The translations under genes and the position numbers were made by a program. Shown here piece by piece: positions 1 to 9,957 of a DNA stretch of 52,545 nucleotides. The number at the start of each line of letters is the position of its first letter. The first letter of the stretch is position 1. The notes beneath the pieces are model-generated. The model was not told where the DNA came from. It did no database searches and saw only the letters and a list, made by a program, of their open reading frames with translations. This DNA is from an uncultured Kordia sp. (lineage in GTDB: Bacteria; Bacteroidota; Bacteroidia; Flavobacteriales; Flavobacteriaceae): positions 1 through 52,545 of the forward strand of contig CAZHSA010000001.1 in NCBI GenBank assembly GCA_964535135.1, given 5' to 3'.

Positions 1-89
1 CCCAAAAATAAGTCCCAAATCAAGATTTGAAGCGTTTGATGTTGCTTTTTTATAGACTTTTGAATTAAAATCAATTATTCATCACTATC

Positions 90-2201
90 ATGAAAAACAT
101 CATCTCTTTTATTGCTCTTTTTTGTACAATATTGACATTTGCTCAAAACACCAAGTTTCAAGAAATTGATACGATCATCAATGCAAAAGTTAAAGTAAAT
201 GATCCCGGGATTATGGTCGGAATTGTGAAAGATGGAAATATCGTTTATGAAAAATACCGCGGACTTTCCAATCTTCAACACCAAATAAAAGTGAATGACA
301 AAACACGATCAAACATTGCTTCTACCGCAAAACAGTTTACCGCGTTAATGGTGTTAGATTTGATGCTAAAAAACAAACTTAATTTAGAGGATGACATTCG
401 AAAATACCTTCCAAAATTGTATCAAAATGTAAAAGATCCTATCAAAATACGGCATTTAATCAATCATACGAGTGGAATTCGCGATTATGTTGAATTGATG
501 AGTTTAAATGGACTCGTTTGGTGGAAACGATTCGGTTTGGACAATGATGATGTTATGGAATTGATGGAAAAACAAGAAGATATAGGTTTTCAACCTGGAT
601 CAAAACATGCATACAGCAACTCCAATTATATTATTCTTACAAAAGTCATTGAAAAAGTTTCTGGAGAAAAATTTACCAAATATTCTAAAGCATTTTTTGA
701 AAGCTTAGGAATGCATGAAACTTCATTCGTAGAACGTTATATGGGTGTAATTCCAAACAGAGCAAATCCGTATAGCGATTGGGGACGAGGCGAATGGTGG
801 GAAACTCCAACAGTAACTAAAACAAATGGAGAAGGCTTCTTATTCACAACCTTAAAAGATCAATTAATGTACGAACAAGCGGTTCAAAATGCCAATCAAA
901 ATAATAATATGTTGTTGATAAAAAGTCAAGAATCCATTCCTAATAGCACTATACAAACCTATGGTTTTGGACTAAAACTTAAAGATCGATTACAAAGAAC
1001 AGCAGTGCATCATGATGGAGCAACGTATGGATTTCATTCGCAAACACTTCGCTTTCCAAAAGAAAAATTAACAGTTTTCATCATGAGTAATAATGGAAAC
1101 ATACGAAGCGATTTAATTGCAGACGAAATTGCGTCAGTATTCTTACCTAAAATTCAACAAGAAGTTCAATATGACGAGCGACTTTCTGAAAATATAACGA
1201 CTGAAAATCCACAAATTCTTGGTCAGTACCGATATCCTGACGGCGATATTTTAGTCAGAATCGTACAGAACGACGGCAAAACTTATTGGAAAGAAGGAAA
1301 CTACTACAATCTCGAAATGATTCCCGAAGGAAAAAACACCTTTTCATTTCGCAATAATCCTAAACTAAAAGTTGTTTTTTATAAGGACGAAATGGTCGAA
1401 TTTTATCCTTCAGGAAAAACTATGAGCTATAAAAGAAATGATAATGCTCCTGCCACTTTTACCGATATGGAAAGTTTTCTGGGCACCTATTACAACAGTG
1501 AATTAGACCTCAGTTTTGAATTAAAACAAACCAAAGAAAACACACTAGAATTCACATTCTCCAATAAAGACAAGACAAAAGATGTACAAGTTTTTAATAG
1601 AAATGATTTGTTAGCTGGAGATAATTATATCCTAAAGCCACAAAGAGATGTATTTGAAAGAGTTTCAGCAATGCTTCTCACCTATTCAAGAGCTAAAAAC
1701 ATCCGATTCAACAAGAAAACACAGCTAAAATATCAACCAAAAATACAAACAGAAAATGGTGCTATTCAAGTTACTACGATCAGATCTAAAAGAAAAAATG
1801 CCTCAAACATTCTAGTCACAGAAAATTATCCTAACGGAAACGAAATATGGTACAAACAATTTGGCGGAAATAGTTACGACAAAGCAAATTCTATCATAAA
1901 CACAGACGATGGATATCTCATTATTGGTTCCACAAGTTCGTACGGAGCAGGCAATTACGATATGTTTGTAATTAAGATTGATAAAAAAGGAAACAAACTA
2001 TGGCAAAATACGTATGGTGACTTTTATAATGAATATGGCTATGCTGCCGAAATCAAAAAAGACGGTTACTTGTTAAAAGGAACCAAACAGGACTGTGAAA
2101 ACAATACTGATATTCATAGAAAATGCACTACGAATGTATGGTTTGTATCAATTGACAAAAACGGAAAACTTATCACTGATAAAAAGTTAGAAGAGCTATA
2201 A
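90..2201 (+). CDS. Secreted serine hydrolase (beta-lactamase/class C-like family) with C-terminal beta-propeller-like repeats
   Basis: Signal peptide (TFA-Q); SxxK (ASTAK), YxN (YSN), HxG (HDG) and LINHTSG motifs; C-terminus has W..(T/Q)(F/Y)G repeats. Confidence 0.85.
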   Translation: MKNIISFIALFCTILTFAQNTKFQEIDTIINAKVKVNDPGIMVGIVKDGNIVYEKYRGLSNLQHQIKVNDKTRSNIASTAKQFTALMVLDLMLKNKLNLEDDIRKYLPKLYQNVKDPIKIRHLINHTSGIRDYVELMSLNGLVWWKRFGLDNDDVMELMEKQEDIGFQPGSKHAYSNSNYIILTKVIEKVSGEKFTKYSKAFFESLGMHETSFVERYMGVIPNRANPYSDWGRGEWWETPTVTKTNGEGFLFTTLKDQLMYEQAVQNANQNNNMLLIKSQESIPNSTIQTYGFGLKLKDRLQRTAVHHDGATYGFHSQTLRFPKEKLTVFIMSNNGNIRSDLIADEIASVFLPKIQQEVQYDERLSENITTENPQILGQYRYPDGDILVRIVQNDGKTYWKEGNYYNLEMIPEGKNTFSFRNNPKLKVVFYKDEMVEFYPSGKTMSYKRNDNAPATFTDMESFLGTYYNSELDLSFELKQTKENTLEFTFSNKDKTKDVQVFNRNDLLAGDNYILKPQRDVFERVSAMLLTYSRAKNIRFNKKTQLKYQPKIQTENGAIQVTTIRSKRKNASNILVTENYPNGNEIWYKQFGGNSYDKANSIINTDDGYLIIGSTSSYGAGNYDMFVIKIDKKGNKLWQNTYGDFYNEYGYAAEIKKDGYLLKGTKQDCENNTDIHRKCTTNVWFVSIDKNGKLITDKKLEEL

Positions 2202-2301
2202 ACACGCTAAAATCAAGAGAAAAAACACTAATTCCTATTCATGGTTCCAAATAATTAATCTCCGTAACAATTCTAAAAACGTTATGTCGAACGCATGTAT
2301 G

Positions 2302-4200
2302 CTACTTTTTGATGAAAACTTTACTAAATAACGCACCTAAATCATCCTGAATTTGCACAACATAACTTCCCGCAGCAAGCGCTTGAATGTCTATTTGATT
2401 CATCTTTACAGTTTCTGATAAAATTAGCACACCAATAGTATTATAAATGGCAACAGAATACTGCTTACTACTATTTTTTAAATCAAAATGTAACATGCTA
2501 GAAACTGGATTGGGATAAATAGAAAAATCTGCTGAAATTTCTGTGTTTTCTGGCGTAATGAGTCCTAAATTAGTCGCTGCTGTACGTGGTGAATTGGTGG
2601 TACTCCAATCAAACACTTCCCAACCTGATGCGGTTTCACGGTTGCAATTCATTCCGTTAGATGAGCCGCCTTCTGCACTCACAAACTTTCCATTAAAGCC
2701 TTTTAAAGCTACTTTTCCATTAATCTCTATCCACTCAAACGCTTCCCAGCCAGAAGCATTAACGCTCGTACAAGTCATTGCCGAAAGTCCATTTTGTGAA
2801 TTCACATATCTATTATTACTTCCGCGCAAAGCAACTTTATTTTCTCCCGAACTTACTACTTGAAATTTTTCCCAACCACCAACACTAGTTCTATTTGCTG
2901 TCATTGGACTAGAACCGTTATTAGAAGAAACGTATTTGTTATTGTTTCGCAACCAAACATACGAGTTTATGGGTTTTGAAGGAATTAATAAACTGTGCAA
3001 TGAACTTCGGAAAGTGCTATTGGAAAGTCGTATCCGACCAATGAACTGATTGAGTGTATTTTGTGTTTCGTTTAAAGAAGGTCTATTGCCAGAATCGCCA
3101 CGTAAATAAGGCGCAATTTTATTAGTCCATTTTGAAGGACTCGTAAAAGAATAAATGGCTCTTGTTGTATTTTCGCGTTTCCAAGCCCAAAAAGCCCAAC
3201 TTACATTTTGAGAATCATAATCAGTTCGTGCAGCTTTAACCCAAGTATTTGTATTCTCACCATATTCTCCTGTAAAAAGCGGAATGTTTAAATTCAATGC
3301 TTGATTTCGAATCGTATTCAAATCAGGATTTGGATCAGATTCTCCCTGTGGTCCGTAATAATGATTTGAGAACACCAATTTGCTGTCCCATCGTTCTAAC
3401 ATATCGTAAAAATCGCTTCCATAATAGTTTCCTTCTGCAAAAATCAAGTGTCTGTTATCTACTTGACGAATGTATGCGGTCATTTCTTTGTATGCCTGCT
3501 TCAATCGGTATTTATTAGTATCGAGCACAGGTTCATTCAATAAATCGTATCCTGCAAGCCACTGATTCCCTGATCTGTTAGCATATCTACTCGCAATATG
3601 TCGCCACACTTGCTTTGCAATATTGACATTGCTCCAATCACTTTTCCAAAAATTAACACTAGTTCCAGGATTATCAGAATGATGATCCGGATTCTGATAG
3701 CCTGGCGCAGCATGCATACAAAAAATCACATACACATTATTGGTATTTGCCCAACTTAATGCGCGATCTAACCAAACAAAACCATCATTTTTTGTGGTTC
3801 CAGTAGCATCATTCCAAAACATATTGTAATGAAAAGGAATTCGAATTACGTTGAAACCAAGCGCTTTCACACGTGCAAAATCATCATTTCTAATGTAATT
3901 ATAGCGCCAATTATTTTCAAAATTTCGAATGCGTGTCTCACTATTTCCTAGTAAATCTTTAAGACCAGCTCTAATTTGCGAATGCGATTTGATGCCGTCT
4001 TTATCTAAATCGAGCATGTATCCTTCCCACAAAAGCCAATTTCCAAAATTAACGCCGCGTAACGTAATAGGATTTCCATCTTTTAATATTTTTCCGCCAG
4101 TTGAAGAAACTGATAGTAATTGCGCAAATGCAATATGAGTAATAAAACAAAAAGCGATTAATAAAAGCCTTGTACTCTTTGTGCAAATTGTGGTTTTCAT
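2302..4200 (-). CDS. GH5 glycoside hydrolase + fascin-like beta-trefoil CBM (CBM92-like) + T9SS type A CTD
   Basis: LRGVNFGNWL, RIPF, NEP (acid/base) and GEYG (nucleophile) motifs; three WExF repeats (WEKF, WEAF, WEVF); C-terminal IYPNP...GSYVV...FIKK. Confidence 0.88.
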   Translation of the reverse strand: MKTTICTKSTRLLLIAFCFITHIAFAQLLSVSSTGGKILKDGNPITLRGVNFGNWLLWEGYMLDLDKDGIKSHSQIRAGLKDLLGNSETRIRNFENNWRYNYIRNDDFARVKALGFNVIRIPFHYNMFWNDATGTTKNDGFVWLDRALSWANTNNVYVIFCMHAAPGYQNPDHHSDNPGTSVNFWKSDWSNVNIAKQVWRHIASRYANRSGNQWLAGYDLLNEPVLDTNKYRLKQAYKEMTAYIRQVDNRHLIFAEGNYYGSDFYDMLERWDSKLVFSNHYYGPQGESDPNPDLNTIRNQALNLNIPLFTGEYGENTNTWVKAARTDYDSQNVSWAFWAWKRENTTRAIYSFTSPSKWTNKIAPYLRGDSGNRPSLNETQNTLNQFIGRIRLSNSTFRSSLHSLLIPSKPINSYVWLRNNNKYVSSNNGSSPMTANRTSVGGWEKFQVVSSGENKVALRGSNNRYVNSQNGLSAMTCTSVNASGWEAFEWIEINGKVALKGFNGKFVSAEGGSSNGMNCNRETASGWEVFDWSTTNSPRTAATNLGLITPENTEISADFSIYPNPVSSMLHFDLKNSSKQYSVAIYNTIGVLILSETVKMNQIDIQALAAGSYVVQIQDDLGALFSKVFIKK

Positions 4201-4411
4201 GATTTTTGGTTTTTGGTTAATAATTTTGTTTGGAATCTTCTCAAGCTAAAACAAAACTATAAATCACTGTTTTATAGGTTTTTAAAATTATTATCTGTTA
4301 AAATTTAGCATAAGAAAAATCACTTCAACAGAAAACGCACGCGCTTCTATTAAACTTCAGTACCGTAAATTTCATGCAAAAAGTTTCTAGAGAATTTTTG
4401 TCTTTTTTGGT

Positions 4412-5245
4412 TTAAAAGACGATTACTTTCTTAATTTGACGCTTGTTTTGGTTTTCTACTTGAATGAAATACAATCCGTTCGTCAATCCATTGAAATCAA
4501 TTTGAACAGTTTGTGAACTCGCTTTTTCTAACGTACGAACCGATCTTCCACTGATATCAAAAATCTCAATCTTCGTTTGCGCGTTGGTAAACGTTGTTTG
4601 ATGCAACACAACATTTCGCAACTGCTGATTGTAAATAACATTGATGTTATTTTTAGCCACCTCACTGACACTCAAACTTGCCGCAGTCACAATCTCAAAC
4701 TGCTGATTTGGGTTCATGGTATTTACATCAAAAGTTTGGAGTTTCCCGCCAGAATTTCCGCCATCCACATCAAATGCTTTTATAGGAACATTGGTCGAAC
4801 CGAAATTACAATTCGCGTCAAACGCAATTTCAAACACGTAATTATCTGGCGTGCCTGTGGCAGAAATTTTAAAAAATATCCAATCGCTCGTATTGGCAAA
4901 ACCGACTTGTACATCGCCAAAAGCTCCACACCAGCCATCTTTAATGCCTAAAAAACTTGCATCACCCACGTTTTCAATGGTATAAATATCACTTCCTTGA
5001 TGAGTAAATGTCCAGAGTTGTGAATCGTCACTAGAATTATGTACCGCCATTTGCGCTCTTCCTACTGCCAAATTATCTGGATTCCCAGGATCGCCTGGTG
5101 GAAGTGTATTGATTCCCATAACTTCACTATTGACGTTGTTGACAATTTTATACGTTCCGTCTGTAATTATTTGTGCTGAAGCCATCGTAGTGAACGCAAA
5201 AATGATCACTAGTACAAACAACATTGGTATGTAATTTTTTTTCAT
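4412..5245 (-). CDS. Non-catalytic ricin-type beta-trefoil lectin protein with T9SS type A CTD
   Basis: Signal peptide; DGTYKI, SQLWTF and NQQF (QxW-like) motifs; C-terminal IFDISGR...GLYFI...KKVIV. Confidence 0.75.
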   Translation of the reverse strand: MKKNYIPMLFVLVIIFAFTTMASAQIITDGTYKIVNNVNSEVMGINTLPPGDPGNPDNLAVGRAQMAVHNSSDDSQLWTFTHQGSDIYTIENVGDASFLGIKDGWCGAFGDVQVGFANTSDWIFFKISATGTPDNYVFEIAFDANCNFGSTNVPIKAFDVDGGNSGGKLQTFDVNTMNPNQQFEIVTAASLSVSEVAKNNINVIYNQQLRNVVLHQTTFTNAQTKIEIFDISGRSVRTLEKASSQTVQIDFNGLTNGLYFIQVENQNKRQIKKVIVF

Positions 5246-5263
5246 ATAAATATATTTTTTAGA

Positions 5264-6748
5264 TTAATAAATTAAAGATTGTATTGCGTGCGGCACGATG
5301 GAAAGTGTAACTTCCTTGTCTGCCACGAGTAGTTTATAGTCAACTTTTTCGTCTGTTTTATTCATAATGACCGTCACAATACTTCCATCAGGATTTTGAA
5401 AAGATGTACTTTCTAGCGTGCTCCTACTTGTTGTGGTACTTACACGTTTTGCGTTCGGTTTGATGAATTTTGAAAAGTGACCTATGTAGTAATATGAAGG
5501 TGTATAAACCAATTCGTTAGTACGTGTGTCAGCATGAATTGGCGCAAAGCAAAAATTCTGCACATGATTAGGTCCACCAGTATGATCTAACAAAATATTC
5601 CAATCGGTCCAGCCAACAGTTCCGTTGTTAAAATCGTTAATCATCGAATTTCCATAGCGTTCAGCGTTGGACCAACGTTGATACGCTTTTTCGTCAAATT
5701 TTTCTTGACAACCTTCCGTAAACAATAAATTCTTAGTTGGAAATGATGCATTGATGTTGCCTAAATTTTCATACTTCGCGTCGCCGCCTGTCCAGGTTTC
5801 GTACCAATGAAAACCAATTCCCCAAGCATATTTTGCTGCTGCTTCATCTTCAAAAATAGTATTGGCTCTGTGCGAAATGAGATCTCTATTATGATCCCAA
5901 ACCACTATTTTTTTATCGCCGAAACCATTTTTTTCAAAAGTTGGACCGAGATTATTCTTCAGAAAATCGCGTTCTTCTTCTGCTGAATAAATACATGATT
6001 CCCAACGTTGTGTGGCCATCGGTTCGTTCTGAATAGTAACGCCCCAAACTGGAATTCCCTCCGCTTCGTATGCTTGTATAAACTTCACAAAATAATCAGC
6101 CCATGTTTGATAATATTTTGGCAACAGCTTCCCACCTTTCAACATGTGATTGTTGGTTTTCATAAATGCAGGCGGACTCCACGGACTAGCGTAAAAAACC
6201 AATTCATCTCCAATTAAGCTAGTTGCTTTTTTAATCATCGGAATGCGCTTTTCTTTATCTTTTGCAATGGAAAATGTCTCCAGTTTTTCATCACCTTCAT
6301 CAATATACGTGAAGCTTCCCAAACCAAAATCACTGCTGTGAATACTTGTTCGAATGATGTTGTAGTTAATTCCATTATTAGAATAATACGCATTGAGTAC
6401 TTCTTCTTGTTTGTCAGTGCTCAATTTCGAAAACACTTCTGCGGAAGCGTCCGTAATAGCGCCGCCAATGCCCAAAAACGCTTGAAACTTTTTATGCGGA
6501 TTTACAAATATGGCAATTTCAGTTTCTAACGGTTGTTTGGCGTTGCCAAAAGTAAAATCGCCTTCGTTGGTTAAACGAAGATTGGTGTTTTCGGCAGTAG
6601 TATACAAGCTTACTTTTGTAGCATTGAACGCTTCTTTTTCAACTGCTTTTACTGCTGAATTTTGTTTTGCTTTCGGTTCGGTTACATCATTAGCGCATGA
6701 GGTTAACAGCAAACCTGCTGCAACTCCTAAGATCATTTTTATATTCAT
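5264..6748 (-). CDS. GH30 lipoprotein (glucosylceramidase-like / GH30_1-like)
   Basis: GIGGAITD, ASPWSPPAFMK, QNEP, HWY and FTEGC motifs; lipobox LLTSC; start moved to ATG at 6748 (MNIK), which removes the overlap with the upstream gene. Confidence 0.88.
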   Translation of the reverse strand: MNIKMILGVAAGLLLTSCANDVTEPKAKQNSAVKAVEKEAFNATKVSLYTTAENTNLRLTNEGDFTFGNAKQPLETEIAIFVNPHKKFQAFLGIGGAITDASAEVFSKLSTDKQEEVLNAYYSNNGINYNIIRTSIHSSDFGLGSFTYIDEGDEKLETFSIAKDKEKRIPMIKKATSLIGDELVFYASPWSPPAFMKTNNHMLKGGKLLPKYYQTWADYFVKFIQAYEAEGIPVWGVTIQNEPMATQRWESCIYSAEEERDFLKNNLGPTFEKNGFGDKKIVVWDHNRDLISHRANTIFEDEAAAKYAWGIGFHWYETWTGGDAKYENLGNINASFPTKNLLFTEGCQEKFDEKAYQRWSNAERYGNSMINDFNNGTVGWTDWNILLDHTGGPNHVQNFCFAPIHADTRTNELVYTPSYYYIGHFSKFIKPNAKRVSTTTSRSTLESTSFQNPDGSIVTVIMNKTDEKVDYKLLVADKEVTLSIVPHAIQSLIY

Positions 6749-6762
6749 TCTTTTATGTTTAG

Positions 6763-8202
6763 TTACCAAACATAGGTTCCGACGGATCCTGCTGGTAATA
6801 CGGTGGAAATGGGTTCTGTTTGTACGTTAATATTGAAATTTTTCTGTGTGTCTGTATTGTTTAAAACGACAACTACAATGTTTCCATTGGGCGTTTTGTA
6901 AGCTACGTTTGGTAATTCTGTTAAATAGTTAGAACCGATTCTGGTAGAATTGACAGGAACAAATTTGGCAACTTGCGCCACAATATAATACGCGGAGTTT
7001 CTTGTAACATCGTTTCCATCAATCGTAATTGCACCCAAACATGCAATACAACCACCTTCAGTAAAAGGACCGTTGCTTGGATTTGCGGCTAAGTTCCACT
7101 CCAACACATTTTTGCTCCAATTTCTCGGTGCGCCAATCATCAATTCTCTAAAATGCCAACGAATATCTTCCTGAAAATTGCCTGGTGCTTCAATCCATTG
7201 TTCGGTGAAATAGATATTTTTATCAGGATGTGCGTTGTGTACCAAACTCAAATTATCAATCTGTCCTGCATACAAGTGAAATGCCGAACCATCAATAAAA
7301 CTGTTGGCGGTAGCATTATTTAATACGGCAATTGGATAATTGGTATTATCTGGATTATGATCAAACGCAATAATTTTTGTCGTAATATTTGCCGAAGCAA
7401 ACGCAGGCCCTAAATGATTGCCAATAAAATCTATTTGTTGTGCGGCAGACATGACCATGCTTGGATTATTAAACGGATTTTCAGGTTCGTTTTGTACCGT
7501 AATTGCATCAATCGTGATGCCTTCTGTTTGCATGGCTTGAATGTATTTTACGAAGTAATTCGCGTACGTTCCATAATATTCTGAACGCAATTCGCCGCCT
7601 ACAGAGTTTTCATTAGTTTTCATCCAAGAAGGTGCAGACCAAGGCGTTGCTAAAATTTTTATATTTGGATTGATCGCTAAGATTTCTTGCAACACAGGAA
7701 TCAAATTCGCTTGATCACTGTTGATACTGAAGTTATCCAAATTCACGTCGGTTTGTCCTGCTGGCAAATCGCTGTAGCTAAATACTGTTTCGTCCAAATC
7801 TGAAGCACCAATACTGATGCGCAAATACGAAGTGGCTACATCGTCTGCTCCATTTCCAAACAATTCATTTAACAGACTGCTTCTAGCGCCCGAAGACATA
7901 TTGTTGATGAGTTGCGCGCTTCCGCCCGTGAGCGAAAATCCAAAACCATCCATTAGTTGAAACGTATCATTTTCGCTGACACTAATTGTTGGGTTGTTAT
8001 TGTCTGATAATGGAAATAAATTGTTTTCCTGCAACGCTACCAAACTGGATTGATCAGGCGTTGTAAGATAAAAATCTACATTCACCTCAGCTACTACTGG
8101 CGGATCGTACACAGGCATTTCATCATCGCTACATGCCGAATTCACGACAAGTGACAACGCTAACAACAGAAATTTCATGCTATATATTTTTGTGAGTTTC
8201 AT
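6763..8202 (-). CDS. GH30 lipoprotein, likely GH30_3 endo-beta-1,6-glucanase
   Basis: GFGFSLTGGS, RISIGASD, ATPWSAPSWMK, QNEP, AFHLYAG and FTEQW motifs, resembling BT3312-type enzymes; lipobox VNSAC. Confidence 0.85.
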   Translation of the reverse strand: MKLTKIYSMKFLLLALSLVVNSACSDDEMPVYDPPVVAEVNVDFYLTTPDQSSLVALQENNLFPLSDNNNPTISVSENDTFQLMDGFGFSLTGGSAQLINNMSSGARSSLLNELFGNGADDVATSYLRISIGASDLDETVFSYSDLPAGQTDVNLDNFSINSDQANLIPVLQEILAINPNIKILATPWSAPSWMKTNENSVGGELRSEYYGTYANYFVKYIQAMQTEGITIDAITVQNEPENPFNNPSMVMSAAQQIDFIGNHLGPAFASANITTKIIAFDHNPDNTNYPIAVLNNATANSFIDGSAFHLYAGQIDNLSLVHNAHPDKNIYFTEQWIEAPGNFQEDIRWHFRELMIGAPRNWSKNVLEWNLAANPSNGPFTEGGCIACLGAITIDGNDVTRNSAYYIVAQVAKFVPVNSTRIGSNYLTELPNVAYKTPNGNIVVVVLNNTDTQKNFNINVQTEPISTVLPAGSVGTYVW

Positions 8203-8220
8203 TCTTCTTATTTGTAATGT

Positions 8221-9945
8221 TTACGGAACAAATTCGTAGGTTCCAGATTGGTAATCGTTTTGCAAAATAATTGTTACGGTATACGTGCCGTCCGTATTGA
8301 TGTTTAGTAAGTTAGAACCGCCGCCGTTGATCAAATTTCCTGTCAACGCGCCTGGATCATCACTTCCCAAGTCAAAATCCCACGGACTGATGAATTTGCT
8401 GTCGTAACCAGCTGTCAAATTCAAAGTAATGGAATAGGTATTTGGATGTGAATATGTCATGGGCGTCTCAACACGATCATCCCAAATTTGCCAATGAAAT
8501 AGCTTGAAATTATAATACGTCCAACTCAATTGTGGCACGCTAAAATCTATATTGAAACGCAACGCACGATCGTTTAAAACGGTGAACGTATTGCTATTTT
8601 CGAACAGTGTTAACGTATCAGAAACATTGTCTCCATCTGGGTTTACGCTTTGCGCGAGATTTCCATTTACGGAATACGAAATTCCAGAACCGTCCATGGC
8701 ACTATTGAGCGTGTACATGTTGCTGGCTTGCATTGGAATGAATTCGCTTGAACTAAATACATCACCATCTTTTGAAAATTCATACACCATTGAGCCATTT
8801 TCAAAGAGAAACAGCTGATTGGGTGTTGCAATCGGTTCTACAACGGTGTTGTCTTCTTCAAAGGAATACGAGTAATTTTCTGCCGAAAGGTCTAAAGTCA
8901 CAATATACAATCCCGTTTGTTCGTTAGGAATGTCTTCTATGGTAAGTCCTTGACTTGACGCTTCATTTTCCAAAACAAGCGTGTTTGGTGTTCCTACAAC
9001 TCTTTTTAGTAAATATGCCCAATCGCCATTGGCTCTAAAGACAAATCCGCCTGTATTTTCAAGATTGATAGACGCTTGCCAGACACTATTTCCTTGATAA
9101 AATAATGGTTCATCGCCGCCCCAACCGCCACTTACTGGCGATCCAACCATTCCCCAATAGTTGATTTGAAAGAGTTCGTAGGTATTGGTATCTAGATTGA
9201 TGCGAATTCGGTATTGTCCGTCGTTTTCTGCTACGATTCCGTCGCCAAATAATGATAAATTTCCTTCGCTACCACCGTAAACTAATGCTGGCAAACTACG
9301 TTCGCTGTAAAACTTGTACGTTTCGCCACCTAGCAAACTTGTATATACTTCGTGAATATTTGCGTTAAGTCCGTTTTCATCTGTTAAACGGCGCATGACA
9401 ATGGCTTCCGCCAGATTGTTGTTATTTTCGGTGGCTGTTCCTGAAATGTATAATTTCGTCGGAATGATTTCATTTTCAAACCGAACGACCTTCATATCGC
9501 CTATTGCTGTATTGCTTTTGCTTAAACTGTTTGCTTTCACCGCAAAGGAAATCGTTGCTTCCGAATTGGCTTGAAAACCTGCAAACGCCAACGCTTCGTT
9601 GATTGTTTCATACGTAACAGTCGCTGATGTTTCTGTTCCGCTGTTAGACGAAGCCAACGTTAAAATTGGCGAACTAAAGTCTGTGGTTCCTAAAGTATCA
9701 ATCAGTACTTCGTATGTTACCGAATATCCTGCGGATGATGCTGCCGCTTCCCATGTAAATGTGATGGTTTCGTTCGGCGTTGTTTCATCCAAAATAATTG
9801 TAGTTGCTTCCGTTGGTGCCGTAATTGTTGGCGCACTTAATGTCCACTCACCTTCTGGTTGCAAGTTGTCTTCCGTTTCGCAAGAAATGATGCCTACAAA
9901 CGTGACTACAAATACTGTAATGAGTTGTAAATACTTCTTTTTCAT
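8221..9945 (-). CDS. SusE/SusF-like surface glycan-binding lipoprotein
   Basis: Lipobox IISC; FTW..A...V.Y SusE-type N-domain; beta-rich repeats; directly downstream of SusD. Confidence 0.8.
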   Translation of the reverse strand: MKKKYLQLITVFVVTFVGIISCETEDNLQPEGEWTLSAPTITAPTEATTIILDETTPNETITFTWEAAASSAGYSVTYEVLIDTLGTTDFSSPILTLASSNSGTETSATVTYETINEALAFAGFQANSEATISFAVKANSLSKSNTAIGDMKVVRFENEIIPTKLYISGTATENNNNLAEAIVMRRLTDENGLNANIHEVYTSLLGGETYKFYSERSLPALVYGGSEGNLSLFGDGIVAENDGQYRIRINLDTNTYELFQINYWGMVGSPVSGGWGGDEPLFYQGNSVWQASINLENTGGFVFRANGDWAYLLKRVVGTPNTLVLENEASSQGLTIEDIPNEQTGLYIVTLDLSAENYSYSFEEDNTVVEPIATPNQLFLFENGSMVYEFSKDGDVFSSSEFIPMQASNMYTLNSAMDGSGISYSVNGNLAQSVNPDGDNVSDTLTLFENSNTFTVLNDRALRFNIDFSVPQLSWTYYNFKLFHWQIWDDRVETPMTYSHPNTYSITLNLTAGYDSKFISPWDFDLGSDDPGALTGNLINGGGSNLLNINTDGTYTVTIILQNDYQSGTYEFVP

Positions 9946-9957
9946 CTGTTCATTTTT

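Noticed and set aside
90-2201. Bona fide antibiotic-resistance beta-lactamase
   Set aside because: The motifs are shared by the broad serine hydrolase/peptidase family, and the extra domains argue against a classical AmpC
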